Source: Eledone cirrhosa
Taxonomy: Eukaryota
Reading direction: 5' to 3'
Assembly (NCBI GenBank): GCA_964016885.1
Contig: OZ024764.1
Span: 24,800,001-24,864,000, forward strand
Length of the DNA: 64,000 nt
Under the pieces are notes generated by a model that was not told the origin of the DNA, did no database searches, and saw nothing but the letters and a program-made list of their open reading frames with translations. The position numbers and the translations under genes were made by a program. Numbering within the stretch: the first letter of the stretch is position 1; each line of letters opens with the position of its first letter. This document shows, piece after piece, positions 48,131-63,299 of the stretch.

Positions 48131-48850
48131 AATAAAATGTAATGGAAGGGGTGGACAGCACCAGAGCAAAAGACAGCAACGAGGAGATTTTGATATAAAG
48201 ATGTATGGCTTATTGGTTTATCCTGGATGCTGCGGTCAGGACGAGAGCCACAGCTGCTGCAGCCGAGCGGAGTAAGACCCTCAAATACTCTGATCTGTCG
48301 GCCAGCTACATTTTTCAGCCTGTGGCTTTCGAGACGTTTGGGGGAGTCGGGCCGCTGACTGCGAGGTTCCTTTCCTCACTGGCGCCTCGCCTAATTGAGG
48401 TAACTGGCGGAATCGCGAGGACGCTTGGCTGTTTCAGCACCTCAGCCTCGCCATCACCCGAGATAACACTGTGAGTGTGCTGGCTTGCCTCAAAATTAGG
48501 GAGGTTGCCCATACTCCTCGTTGCTGTCTTTTGCTCTGGTGTTGGCTCCGTTGTTCACCCCTTCCTTTACATTTTCTTTAATATTGTAGCATTGAAGGAA
48601 TATATCTTTCATTGTATCATCCTTTATAGTGTTACCGAGGCATTTGTAATGTTATTTATGTATATATATATAAAACATATTTATTATGTTATTCTACTGT
48701 AAATTTATTTATATGCTCTGTTTATATTTTCATTCTGAAGTAATTGCAAACGATTTGTAATGTTGTTTGTGCAACTATGAAGTATTAATTGTATTATATG
48801 TGTTTATATTTTCATTCTGTAGGAATTATAAACAATAAAATATTATTTAA
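48131..48850 (+). mobile_element. 3' end of a restriction-like-endonuclease non-LTR element (CRE-like) with inverted 3'UTR piece at its 5' end
   Basis: AAAAERSKTLKYSDL..YIFQPVAFETFGGVG..ARFLSSLA.RL..VTG; 48131-48186 is inverted relative to 48514-48578; AT-rich UTR ending AATAAAA. Confidence 0.7.
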
Positions 48851-48907
48851 ATGGTTGTGAGTTCAATTCTTGTTTATGTTGTGCTAGCTCATTTAGATAG
48901 GGAAAAT

Positions 48908-49081
48908 ATACACGTAAAATTTCCGTTATAACGAATACCATTATAACGAATTTTCTTTTTAATCACTGAGGTAACAAACAAACGCTTGATTTGTTTCGGT
49001 CGATCTCGTTATAAAGAAATTTTCGTTATAACAGATTTTCTTTATACCCGTGAATTTCGTAATAACGGAATTTCACTGTAT
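48908..49081. mobile_element. Tc1/mariner-type (pogo/Tigger-like) MITE
   Basis: Imperfect TIRs GTAAAATTTCCGTTATAACGAA / TTCGTAATAACGGAATTTCACTGTA; TA flanks; inverted sibling at 56252-56431. Confidence 0.7.
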
Positions 49082-49650
49082 ATTCATAGATACAGCTTTG
49101 TTACACACTGTGTCACATTGAATCTCCCTGAGAAATTACATTAAAAAGTTACGTGTTTGTGGAATGCTGTGTATTGACTGCACTTGTAATTCAAAGGTCC
49201 AGCTTTGACACACACGGTGCTATGCTGAATCTCCCTGAGAATTACATTACGAGAAGCCTCTGTGAATGTTCGGCCACTGACATGTTAATTTTCACGAGCA
49301 GGCTATCCTGTTAATGGGACACTCTTCAAAAAAGCGACGGAGGCCCCTGTCGAGTGCTGGAGTTATCTCCCTTGTATAAACGTGCAGGAAATCAGTTTTC
49401 TCAGTTCCACGTCAACCTTGCTACAGCTGTCACCAACATACACACCTTATATACTATATATACACCTTGTATATACACACCACACTATACTATATATACA
49501 CCTTATATACTATATATACAGACATTATATACTATATATAAAGACATACTGATATATATAATATATAGAAGACACGGACGGTGCTGTAGTCACACCTCAC
49601 AAGATGGTGTATGTTTCTGAAGGTGGGTTCAATCTTTATCTTATCGTTAA

Positions 49651-49684
<34 letters not shown>

Positions 49685-49734
49685 GCTTCCCCGATGATTT
49701 CTCCCCAATGAAACAGTTCTAGTCCTGTAGAAGC
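49685..49734 (+). ncRNA. Hammerhead-like motif (U4C core), copy 1
   Basis: GCTTC(C)-CCGATGA-..-GAA-ACAG TTCTAGTC CTGT-A-GAAGC; weak stem II. Confidence 0.5.
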
Positions 49735-49884
49735 CATTTCTATATTAAATATATATACTCTGCTATGTATTGAGTACCTTACTTATCCGACTGAACCCGG
49801 ATATTCTTTATATATATATAATATATATATATCGAACTTTACTATAAATATATACTTTACACTATATATACACCACACTACACT

Positions 49885-50110
49885 ATCATCATCATCATCT
49901 TCGTTTAACGTCCATCTTCCACGCTAGCATGGGTTAGACGGGAGTTGTCCCACTTGAGGCAAGGTTGGTCGGGTGACCGTGTCTCCCTCATAGGACTGTA
50001 TCTGGCGGGTCTTCTACGGCTGGATGTCCTTCCTAACACCAACAACGTTTACAGTGTGGAACTGGGAGGTTTTTACCGTGTTACCTACACGGCCACATTA
50101 CAGCGTTGAC
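49885..50110 (-). mobile_element. SINE/LINE-tail fragment (family A related)
   Basis: (CAT)n, GGATGTCCTTCCTAACACCAAC; sibling at 60236-60480. Confidence 0.7.
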
Positions 50111-50129
50111 TATATACCACACTATACTT

Positions 50130-50167
<38 letters not shown>

Positions 50168-53100
50168 CACACTATACTATATAAATACACCACACTACAC
50201 TATATATATACCACACTACACTATATATATATACCACACTACACTATATATATACCACACTACACTATATATACACCACACTATACTATATATACACCAC
50301 ACTATACTATACACCACACTATACTATATATACACTATACTATATATATATACCACACTACACTATATATATACCACACTACACTATATATACACCACAC
50401 TATACTATACACCACACTATACTATATATACACCACACTATACTATATATATATACACCATACTATATATATACACCACACTATACTATATATATACACC
50501 ACACTATACTATATATATATATATACCACACTATACTATATATATATACCACACTATACTATATATATACACCACACTATACTATATATATACACCACAA
50601 TATACTATATATATACACCACACTACACTATATATATACACCACACTACACTATATATATACACCACACTATACTATATATATATATATATACAACACTA
50701 TACAATATATACAACACTATACAATATATACAACACTATACAATATATACAACACTATACTATATATACAACACTATACTATATATACAACACTATACTA
50801 TATATACAACACTATACTATATATATCACTATACTATATATATACACCACACTATACTATATATACACCACACTATATATATATACCACACTATACTATA
50901 TATATACACCACACTATACTATATATACACCACACTATACTATATATATATACCACAGTATACTATATATATATATATATACCACACTATACTATATATA
51001 TATACCACACTATACTATATATATATACCACACTATACTATATATATATACCACACTATACTATATATATACACCACACTATACTATATATATACACCAC
51101 ACTATACTATATATACACCACACTATACTATATATATACACCACACTATACTATATATATACACCACACTATACTATATATATACACCACACTATACTAT
51201 ATATATATACCACACTATACTATATATATATACCACACTATACTATATATATACCACACTATACTATATATATACCACACTATACTATATATATACCACA
51301 CTATACTATATATATACACCACACTATACTATATATATACACCACACTATACTATATATATACACCACACTATACTATATATATATACCACACTATACTA
51401 TATATATATACCACACTATACTATATATACACCACACTATACTATATATATATATACCACACTATACTATATATATACACCACACTATACTATATATATA
51501 CACCACACTATACTATATATATACACCACACTATACTATATATATACACCACACTATACTATATATATACACCACACTATACTATATATATACACCACAC
51601 TATACTATATATATATACCACACTATACTATATATATATATACACCACACTATACTATATATATATACACCACACTATACTATATATATATACACCACAC
51701 TATACTATATATATATACACCACACTATACTATATATACACCACATTATACTATATATATACCACACTATACTATATATATATACCACACTATACTATAT
51801 ATACACCACACTACACTATATATATACACCACACTACACTATATATATATACACCACACTACACTATATATATACACCACACTATACTATATATATATAT
51901 ATACAACACTATACAATATATACAACACTATACTATATATACAACACTATACTATATATACCACACTATACTATATATACCACACTATACTATATATACA
52001 CCACACTATACTATATATATACACCACACTATACTATATATATACACCACACTATACTATATATATACACCACACTATACTATATATATATACTATACTA
52101 TATATATATATATATACACCACACTATACTATATATATATATACACCACACTATACTATATATATATATACACCACACTATACTATATATATATACACAC
52201 CACACTATACTATATATATACTACACTATACTATATATATACCACACTACACTATATATACACCACACTATACTATATATATACCACACTACACTATATA
52301 TATACACCACACTATACTATATATATACACCACACTATACTATATATATACACCACACTATACTATATATATATACCACACTACACTATATATATACCAC
52401 ACTATACTATATAGATATACCACACTATACTATATAGATACACCACACTATACTATATATATACACCACACTACACTATATATATACACCACACTATACT
52501 ATATATACACCACACTACACTATATATATACCACACTACACTATATATATACCACACTACACTATATATACACCACACTACACTATATATACACCACACT
52601 ACACTATATATACACCACACTATACTATATATATATACCACACTACACTATATATATACACCACACTATACTATATATATACACCACACTATACTATATA
52701 TATATACCACACTACACTATATATATACCACACTATACTATATAGATACACCACACTATACTATATAGATACACCACACTATACTATATATATACACCAC
52801 ACTACACTATATATATACACCACACTACACTATATATATACACCACACTACACTATATATACACCACACTACACTATATATACACCACACTACACTATAT
52901 ATACACCACACTACACTATATATACACCACACTACACTATATATACACCACACTATACTATATATACACCACACTATACTATATATACACCACACTATAC
53001 TATATATACACCACACTATACTATATATACACCACACTACACTATATATACACCACACTATACTATATATATACACTATACTATATATACACCACACTAT

Positions 53101-53752
53101 ACTATATATACACCACACTACACTATATATACACCACACTATACTATATATACACCACACTATACTATATATACATCACACTACACTATACATCACACTA
53201 CACTATATATACACTACACTATATATACACCACACTATACTATATATACATCACACTATACTATATATACATCACACTATACTATATATACATCACACTA
53301 TACTATATATACACCACACTATACTATATATACACCACACTATACTATATATACACCACACTATACTATATATACACCACACTATACTATATATACACCA
53401 CACTATACTATATATACACCACACTATACTATAAATACACCACACTATACTATATATACACCACACTATACTATATATACACCACACTATACTATATATA
53501 CACCACACTATACTATATATACACCACACTATACTATATATACACCACACTAAACTATATATACACCACACTATACTATATATATACACTATACTATATA
53601 TACACCACACTATACTATATATACACCACACTATACTATATATACACCACACTATACTATATATACACCACACTATACTATATATACATCACACTACACT
53701 ATATATACACTACACTATACTATATATATATATATATATATATACCACACTA
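50110..53752. repeat. Low-complexity satellite (TATATATACACCACACTATAC)n with variable TA number
   Basis: Direct reading. Confidence 0.95.
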
Positions 53753-53773
53753 TAACAATAATTTGTTACCCCG

Positions 53774-53824
<51 letters not shown>

Positions 53825-53896
53825 CTTTTAGCACTTACTGTGCTCCTCTTAAACATCACCAAGAATACATGCTGACCAAACTTGACTTGGACAGTT

Positions 53897-53947
53897 GGCT
53901 TCCCGATGATTTCTCCCGAATGAAACAGTTCTAGTCCTGTAGAAGCC
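53897..53947 (+). ncRNA. Hammerhead-like motif (U4C core), copy 2
   Basis: GGCTTC-CCGATGA-T TTC TCCC GAA T-GAA-ACAG..CTGT-A-GAAGCC; 6-bp stem I, 4-bp stem III. Confidence 0.55.
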
Positions 53948-54094
53948 ATTTCTATATTAAATATTTATACTCTGCTATGTATTGAGTACCTTACTTACTG
54001 TGGTTACCCGGGATAATCTTTTATATATATATATATATATATATAATGTGGTATACTGAAAAATTCGTTATAACGGAATTTTACCGGTATATAC

Positions 54095-54277
54095 AAATAA
54101 CTGTTTCTACTTTTTGCACAAGGCCAGCAATTACGCAGTGTATTACTGGTACTTTATTTTATCTACCCCGTAAGGATGAAAGGCAAAGTTAACCTCGGCG
54201 GGATTTGAACTCGGTCCGTAAAGGGACGTAACTGTGCTAGAAAGCATGGCGTCCGACCCTCTACCGATACTGCCAAT
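54095..54277 (-). mobile_element. SINE family B copy
   Basis: Homologous to 17714-17903. Confidence 0.8.
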
Positions 54278-54352
54278 ACGGAATCAAAACAAAATGTTCG
54301 AATTTTGTGTTTCTCACACACTAGACTTTATCTAGAGAAATAACCAAATGTT

Positions 54353-54386
<34 letters not shown>

Positions 54387-54589
54387 TTTAGTATAGCATT
54401 GACGAAGCTTTAGCACACGGCCAAGCTAGCGTATATGCATAATCGGTCTGTAGCTTGAGCACTCAGATGAGGAAAGACCCCAGAGTAATAACATTACGTT
54501 CAGAGTCCAGCATCACTAGAGCAACGAAAATACAGGACCCAGGAAAAGATTTTATACTGACCCTTTACATAGCGGTGAGGCATATATAT

Positions 54590-54626
<37 letters not shown>

Positions 54627-54915
54627 AAATCAAGCTATTACCCACTCTACTACCCTAAGTATTGAGTACTCTGGTGCGTTATGGTCCATCTAGTTCCTTA
54701 CCACATTTCCTTCGTTATATATATATATATATATATATAGAAATTGTTTTAGCGAGAAGCTAACAGTATTCCATAACATATATGCGACTATATATATAGA
54801 GAGAGACATAGATTGTATAGTAAACACAGTATATATATATATAGACATATATTGTATAGTAAACACAGTGTATATATATATAGACATATATTGTATAGTA
54901 AACACAGTGTATATA

Positions 54916-55950
54916 TCATCATCATTTTACGTCCGCTTTCCCCTGCTTGCAAGGGTGGGACGGGTCCTATTCAGCCCAGCATCTCTCCACTTGTCACGGT
55001 CCTTCGTCATCTCCACCGTGAGCTTCAATGATCTGATGTCTGTTCTCACCACCTCCGCCCATGTTTTTCGTGGTCTACCTCTACCACGTCTTCCTTCAAC
55101 TGGCATTTTCTGGCACTTCTTCACCCATCGGTCATCCTCCATGCGCATCACATGTCCATACCACCTCAGTCTCCTCTCCCGTACACTACATTCTATCCCT
55201 CTCAGACACAGTTTCTCTCTCAATACATTTATGCTGGGTCGTTCACGCACATAGACACTGCACATCCAACGGAGCATGCTTGCCTCATTTCTCTCCAGCC
55301 GTCGCATATCCTCTGCAGTTGCTGCCCATGTCTCACTACCAAGCAGCATCGCGCTCCTCACACAGGCATCATACAACCGGCCTTTCGTACGCAGGGAGAA
55401 ACCCTTCTTCGTCAACAGAGGAAGCAGCTCCCTAAACTTCTTCCAACCCGTCCTTATTCTAGTTACTATGGCCTCGGAACACCCTCCTCCCATGCTAATC
55501 TGATCTCCTAGGTACCGGAAGCTATCCACCACTTCTAGAGCGCCCTCTTGCATTTGAAAAATGTGTCTATCAGTGCGACTTCTACTGTCTAATTTCCCTG
55601 TACATCAACTGCATACATATTTCTCCCTACCTGTTAGTTTGCCTGCTATCCCGCTACATCTCTTGAGTACCCAGGATCTGCATTGTGTGCATTTTATAGA
55701 ATTTATGCCAGTTCCTTTTCTGCATATCGAACATGGCCATTTCCCTGACGGAATCAGGGTTTTGTCCTCTTTTCTACTCATCAACACTTTAGTCTTAGCT
55801 AGGTTCACTCTCAGTCCTCTTGCTTCCAACTGCTGTTTCCATAGCCAGAATTTATTCTCTAGCTCCTCTACTGATTCTGCTATAAGAGCCAGATCGTCAG
55901 CATAGAGAAGTTCCCATGGACAGCCAGTCTTAAACTCCTCTGTTATGGCT
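54916..55950 (-). mobile_element. RTE (BovB-like) LINE 3' fragment
   Basis: ELLYADDL, LRVNLAKTKV, FRYLG, LLGSETW, RRLRWYGHVMRM, GRPRKTW; (TGA)n tail. Confidence 0.9.
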
Positions 55951-56251
55951 ATATATATATATATACATATATTGTATAGTAAACACAGTGTATATATATA
56001 TATATAACATAGAAGAATATGTACACAGGTGGAAACATAAGAGAACCCCTCTAGCGCTATTTCGTAGCTGGAGAATGTGGCTAAAAACCAAACCATGTAA
56101 ATAACACTATAAGGTTTCTCTTAGGATTCCACATTCAGTACATATTCTTTTCTACATATACAATATACAGTATTTCCTATACAATATATTGTTCTTTCTC
56201 TCTACATATATCTTTTTCATTTGATTATATATATATATATATATACATACA

Positions 56252-56431
56252 TACAGTAAAATTCCGTTATAACGAAATCCACGGGGTATAAATAAAATTG
56301 GTTGTAACGAAAAAGTCTTTATAACGAGATCGACCGATCTCGTTATAAATGGAGCGTTTGTTTGTTACCTCGGGGATTGAAAAAAAATCGTTATACTGAA
56401 AAATTCGTTATAACGGAATTTTACCTCTATA
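56252..56431. mobile_element. Tc1/mariner-type MITE
   Basis: TA-CAGTAAAATTCCGTTATAACGAA ... TTCGTTATAACGGAATTTTAC. Confidence 0.75.
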
Positions 56432-56439
56432 TATACAGG

Positions 56440-56697
56440 TGTGTGTATATATATATGCGTGTGTAGACATATATATATATGTGCGTGTGTAGACATATAT
56501 ATATATGTGCGTGTGTAGACATATATATATGTGCGTGTGTAGACATATATATATGTGCGTGTGTAGACATATATATATATGTGCGTGTGTAGACATGTAT
56601 ATATATGTGCGTGTGTAGACATATATATATATGCGTGTGTAGACATATATATATATGTGCGTGTGTAGACATGTATGTATGTATGTGTGTGCGTGTG
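56440..56697. repeat. Short minisatellite GTGCGTGTGTAGAC(AT)n
   Basis: Direct reading. Confidence 0.85.
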
Positions 56698-56840
56698 TTG
56701 ATTTTAAACTACGCAATAAAAAGGTGTGAGTGTATAATGACATACATGTCAGCCAGCTTGTATTAAGTTATATACACTCGTTAGAAGTGGTTGCTGTAGT
56801 TGTTGTTTAGCCCCAGAGCAGTCATGTTCCTGAAAACCAA

Positions 56841-57723
56841 AGACACAGTGTACCTAGGACTACATTATGTAATGTGTCCTGTCTTATATATAGACACAGT
56901 GTATCTTGGACTACACTATCTAGTGTGTCCTGTCTTATATATAGACAGTGTATCTAGGACTACATTATCTTATGTGTCCTGTCTTATATATAGACACAGT
57001 CTATCTAGGACTACATTATCTTATGTGTCCTGTCTTATATACAGACACAGTCTATCTAGGACTACATTATCTTATGTGTCCTGTCTTATATACAGACACT
57101 GTTTCTAGGACTACATTATCTAATGTGTCCTGTGTTATATACAGACACAGTATACCTAGGACTACATTATCTAATGTGTCCTGTCTTATATAGACACAGT
57201 GTATCTAGGACTACATTATCTAATGTGTCCTGTCTTATATAGACACAGTGTATCTAGGACTACATTATCTAATGTACACAGTCTTATATATAGACAGTGT
57301 ATCTAGGACTACATTATCTAATGTGTCCTGTCTTATATACAGACACAGTGTATCTAGGACTACATTATCTAATGTGTCCTGTCTTATATAGACACAGTGT
57401 ATCTAGGACTACATTATCTAATGTGTCCTGTGTTATATACAGACACAGTATATCTAGGACTACATTATCTAATGTGTCCTGTCTTATATAGACACAGTGT
57501 ATCTAGGACTACATTATCTAATGTGTCCTGTCTTATATAGACACAGTGTATCTAGGACTACATTATCTAATGTGCACAGTCTTATATATAGACACAGTGT
57601 ATCTAGGACTACATTATCTAATGTGCAGTCTTATATATAGACACAGTGTATCTACGACTACATTATCTAATGTGTCCTGTCTTATATATAGACACAGTCT
57701 ATCTAGGACTACACTATCTAATG
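56841..57723. repeat. 49-51-bp minisatellite, about 17 copies
   Basis: Unit AGACACAGTGTATCTAGGACTACATTATCTAATGTGTCCTGTCTTATATAT. Confidence 0.92.
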
Positions 57724-58229
57724 CTCTTCATTGCTGGCAATGTCAGAAAGAATATTTCTATTATTTAAAGCCAATTTATTCAACAACATATAATTACATA
57801 TTTTTGCTGATTCATCGGCCGGAAGTAAATATGTGACAAGCCGGAAGTTTACTGTCCACATTTTAACGTTTTTTTTTTTTTTTTTTCGTGAAAATCTCTT
57901 TATGAAGACTTTCATCGTCTTTGGAGTAACTTTAGTTTATTTAATCTGAGAAACAACTGTTGTGAGAAGAACTCGTATTTATGGGAAAGTAGTCAATTTT
58001 GAGAATAATTATTTCTACTTTTGGTACAAGGCCAGCAAATAACTCGGTGTATTACTGGTACATTATTTTATCGACGCCTAATGTTAGACACAAGGCCGAC
58101 AATTCTGTGGGATGGGCTGCAGGATTAAATCGGTCGCAGTGTATTACTGGTATTGTATTTTAACGACACCTTAAGGATGAAAGCCAAAGCTATAATAATA
58201 ATGATTTCTTTATTTGAGGTTAAATATGC

Positions 58230-60235
<2,006 letters not shown>

Positions 60236-60619
60236 CATCATCATCATCATCGTTTAACGTCCATATTCCACACTTGCATGGGTTTGGACGGGAGTTTTCC
60301 CACTTGAGGCAAGAGTGGTTGTCTTGCTCGCATAGGACTGTCTGGCGGGTTTTCTACGGCTGGATGCCCTTCCTAACACCAACCACGTTTACAGTGTGGA
60401 ACTGGGAGGTTTTTACAGTGTCACCTACACGGCCACATTACAGCGTGGACTGTGTTTTTTTGTCGTGTCACCTACACAACCTCATTTGTTTCGGCCTGGA
60501 TGTTGTGGTACCAACATAACTTTACATTGAAAGGGGTGGTGTGGATGTGGTGGGGGTAGTGGGATGGGGGTGTATTTTGTTAGGTGTCTACTGACTGTAG
60601 TAGGTTTTACTTTGTATTT

Positions 60620-61478
60620 AGGTAAGGCGGGTCTTCTGTATTACTGTGTAGTGCCAAAGATCTCAGTCCAGTGACATTGTCTTGGAGAGGTATAAGTGTG
60701 TGAGGTAGGAATTTATCAAGTCGTCCCAGGTTTTTCTGGGTCTGCCTATTCCGTGGCTACCGTCTATCTTTATTGCCCTGCACTTTGTTATACAGCTATC
60801 GTCCTTCATGCGCATCACGTGACCATACCAACGTAGCCTTCTCTATATTATACGACTCTAATTGCTCTTCCTTACTGTCGAAAGCATCGAGTAATATGCT
60901 TTTAAATTTATTTCTGGCTGTGGGGTCCTTTAGCTTCCATATTTTTCTCCTGAGGATAGTCCTCTTCTGCTGTCGAGTACGTCTCGTCCTGACTATTAGG
61001 TCGCTAATTATGAGTCTATGTTGGGAGGTGCATTCTTCATGGGGGAGGGATTTAGTGTTTACAACAGACACTCTGTCACGTCTTCTGGTAAGGATATAAT
61101 CTACCTGGCTGGTATGTTCCCCTGATCTGTAGCTGATCAAGTGATTGTCTCGTTTTTTGAAGTTAGTGTTACAGATAGTTAGGTTATTTGCGTCACAGAA
61201 TTCCAGGATTCTGGAGCCTTCCTCATTTCTAGTACCAAACCCATAGCCTCCGTGGATTCCATCATAGCCGTCACAATGTTGTCCAACGTGACCATTTAGG
61301 TCGCCAGCAATAATTATATAGTCACTGTCGGTTATTTGGGAGGTAGTGAGCATCAGTGTCTCATAGAAACTGTCTTTTATAGCGCCAGGCAGTCCGGATT
61401 GGGGCGTGTACGCAGATATTACCGTCACAGTAGTTCTATTTAGAACAAGTCTTATTTTAATTATTCTGTCATTCACTC
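60620..61478 (-). mobile_element. RTE-like element: APE endonuclease fragment joined directly to the C-terminus (RT deleted)
   Basis: ISAYTPQ, AGDLNGH, GFGTRNEEG, QVDY, SQHR; then frame switch near 60845 to RRLRWYGHVMRM..GRPRKTW. Confidence 0.8.
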
Positions 61479-61626
61479 TATATATATATAATATAAGCAG
61501 ATGATCACGCCTGACCTACCAAATATGCGATGGTAGCTAGTTAAGCTCTATGCGTATAAGCAGAGCAGAAAATATTAATGAAAAAGAACAAAGGAAAACT
61601 ATTATGGACATTTATAACAAGTTTAT

Positions 61627-61673
61627 TGCCGACAGCTGTTTCGTCCGACCATATGGTGAGACTTTTCAAGGCA
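61627..61673 (-). ncRNA. Minimal type I hammerhead, U3-A8 core variant (left arm)
   Basis: TGCC-TTGAAAA-GTCT..GGAC-GAAA-CAGCTG-TC-GGCA then AATAAA. Confidence 0.7.
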
Positions 61674-61956
61674 TATAACAGGTGATGTTTTTCAAGGCAT
61701 ATAACAGGTGACTTTTCAAGGCATATAAAGGGATTGGGTTATAGGGAGTGAAGAGAATTTGAAAAGGGCCTTTTCAAATTCTCTTAACTCCCTATAATCC
61801 ATCCCTTTTACAACTCCGACAACTAATATAAAAGAGCCCCCTTAGAATATAGACCCCAAATATACAAGCGGAGCTGCTGATGTATACCACAATTTCAAAC
61901 TGCTAATCTTGAGTGATACGTTGATGTAAATAATGAACTTACAATCACCTGTTGTA

Positions 61957-62005
61957 TGCCTTGAAAAAGTCCCCACCATGGGGTCGGACGAAACGGCTGT
62001 CGGCA
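61957..62005 (+). ncRNA. Minimal type I hammerhead, U3-A8 core variant (right arm)
   Basis: TGCC-TTGAAAA(A)-GTCC..GGAC-GAAA-CGGCTG-TC-GGCA then AATAAA. Confidence 0.65.
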
Positions 62006-62379
62006 ATAAACTTGTTATGTCATAATAGTTCCTTTGTTCTTTTTCATTAATATATATAATATATATATGTATATGTGTAGGAGGTGAGTTTTTATTGTAG
62101 TACAATAAAGCAATGCAGATATCGGATAAGTAGCACTCTACAGTTTTGTAGGAACTCTTTTAACCATCTTTTGATCTTATATATTATATAATAATATATA
62201 TATAATATATATATATTAATATATATATATAATATTATATATATAAATATATATATATAATATATATATATAATAATATAATATATAATATATATATATA
62301 TATATTAATATTATATATATATATATAATATATATATATAATATAAATATATATATATATAATATATATATATAATATA

Positions 62380-62700
62380 TCATCATCATCATCATCATCA
62401 CCGTTTTACGTCCGTTCTTCCACGCTAGCATGGGTTAGACGGGTTGTCCTGTTTCCACGCTAGCATGGGTTAAGACGGGTTGTCCTGTTGTGGGCAGTGT
62501 CTGGTCGGCTGACCATGCCTTGCTCATACAGGAACTGATCTGGCTTGATTTCTACAGCTGGATGCCCTTCCTAACACCAACCTCATTTACAGTGAGTGCT
62601 GGGTGCTTTTTCGTGGCGCCTACACGTCCACTTTACAGTGTGGGCTGGGTGCTTTTTTGCCGTGGCACCTCCACGACCACCTTGCGGTGGGGGGTGTGGG
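62380..62700 (-). mobile_element. SINE family A fragment
   Basis: (CAT)n tail, CTACAGCTGGATGCCCTTCCTAACACCAACC. Confidence 0.75.
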
Positions 62701-63072
62701 GGCATATTGTTTATATGCTTCAGCATGTACCCATGGGAGGTCGGGTACCCTGTATTACTGCGTGACGCCAGAAGTCACGGTATATTATATATATATATAT
62801 AATATATATATATATAATATATATATATATAATATATATATATATAATATATATATATATAATATATATATAATATATATATATATAATATATATAATAT
62901 ATAATATATATAATATATATATATATAATATATAATATATATAATATATATATATATAATATATATAATATATAATATATAATATATATATATATATATA
63001 ATATATAATATATATAATATATTATATATATAATATATATATATATATAATATATATATATATATAATATAT

Positions 63073-63104
<32 letters not shown>

Positions 63105-63197
63105 ATATATATAATATATAATATATATAATATATTATATATATAATATATATATATATATAATATATATATATATATATAATATATATAATATATA

Positions 63198-63229
<32 letters not shown>

Positions 63230-63299
63230 ATATATATATATAATATATATATATAATATATATATATAATATATATATAATATATATATATATATAATA

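Noticed and set aside
50024-52745. 796-aa and 879-aa Tyr/Ile/Thr/His ORFs
   Set aside because: Products of low-complexity TATAC/CAC satellite
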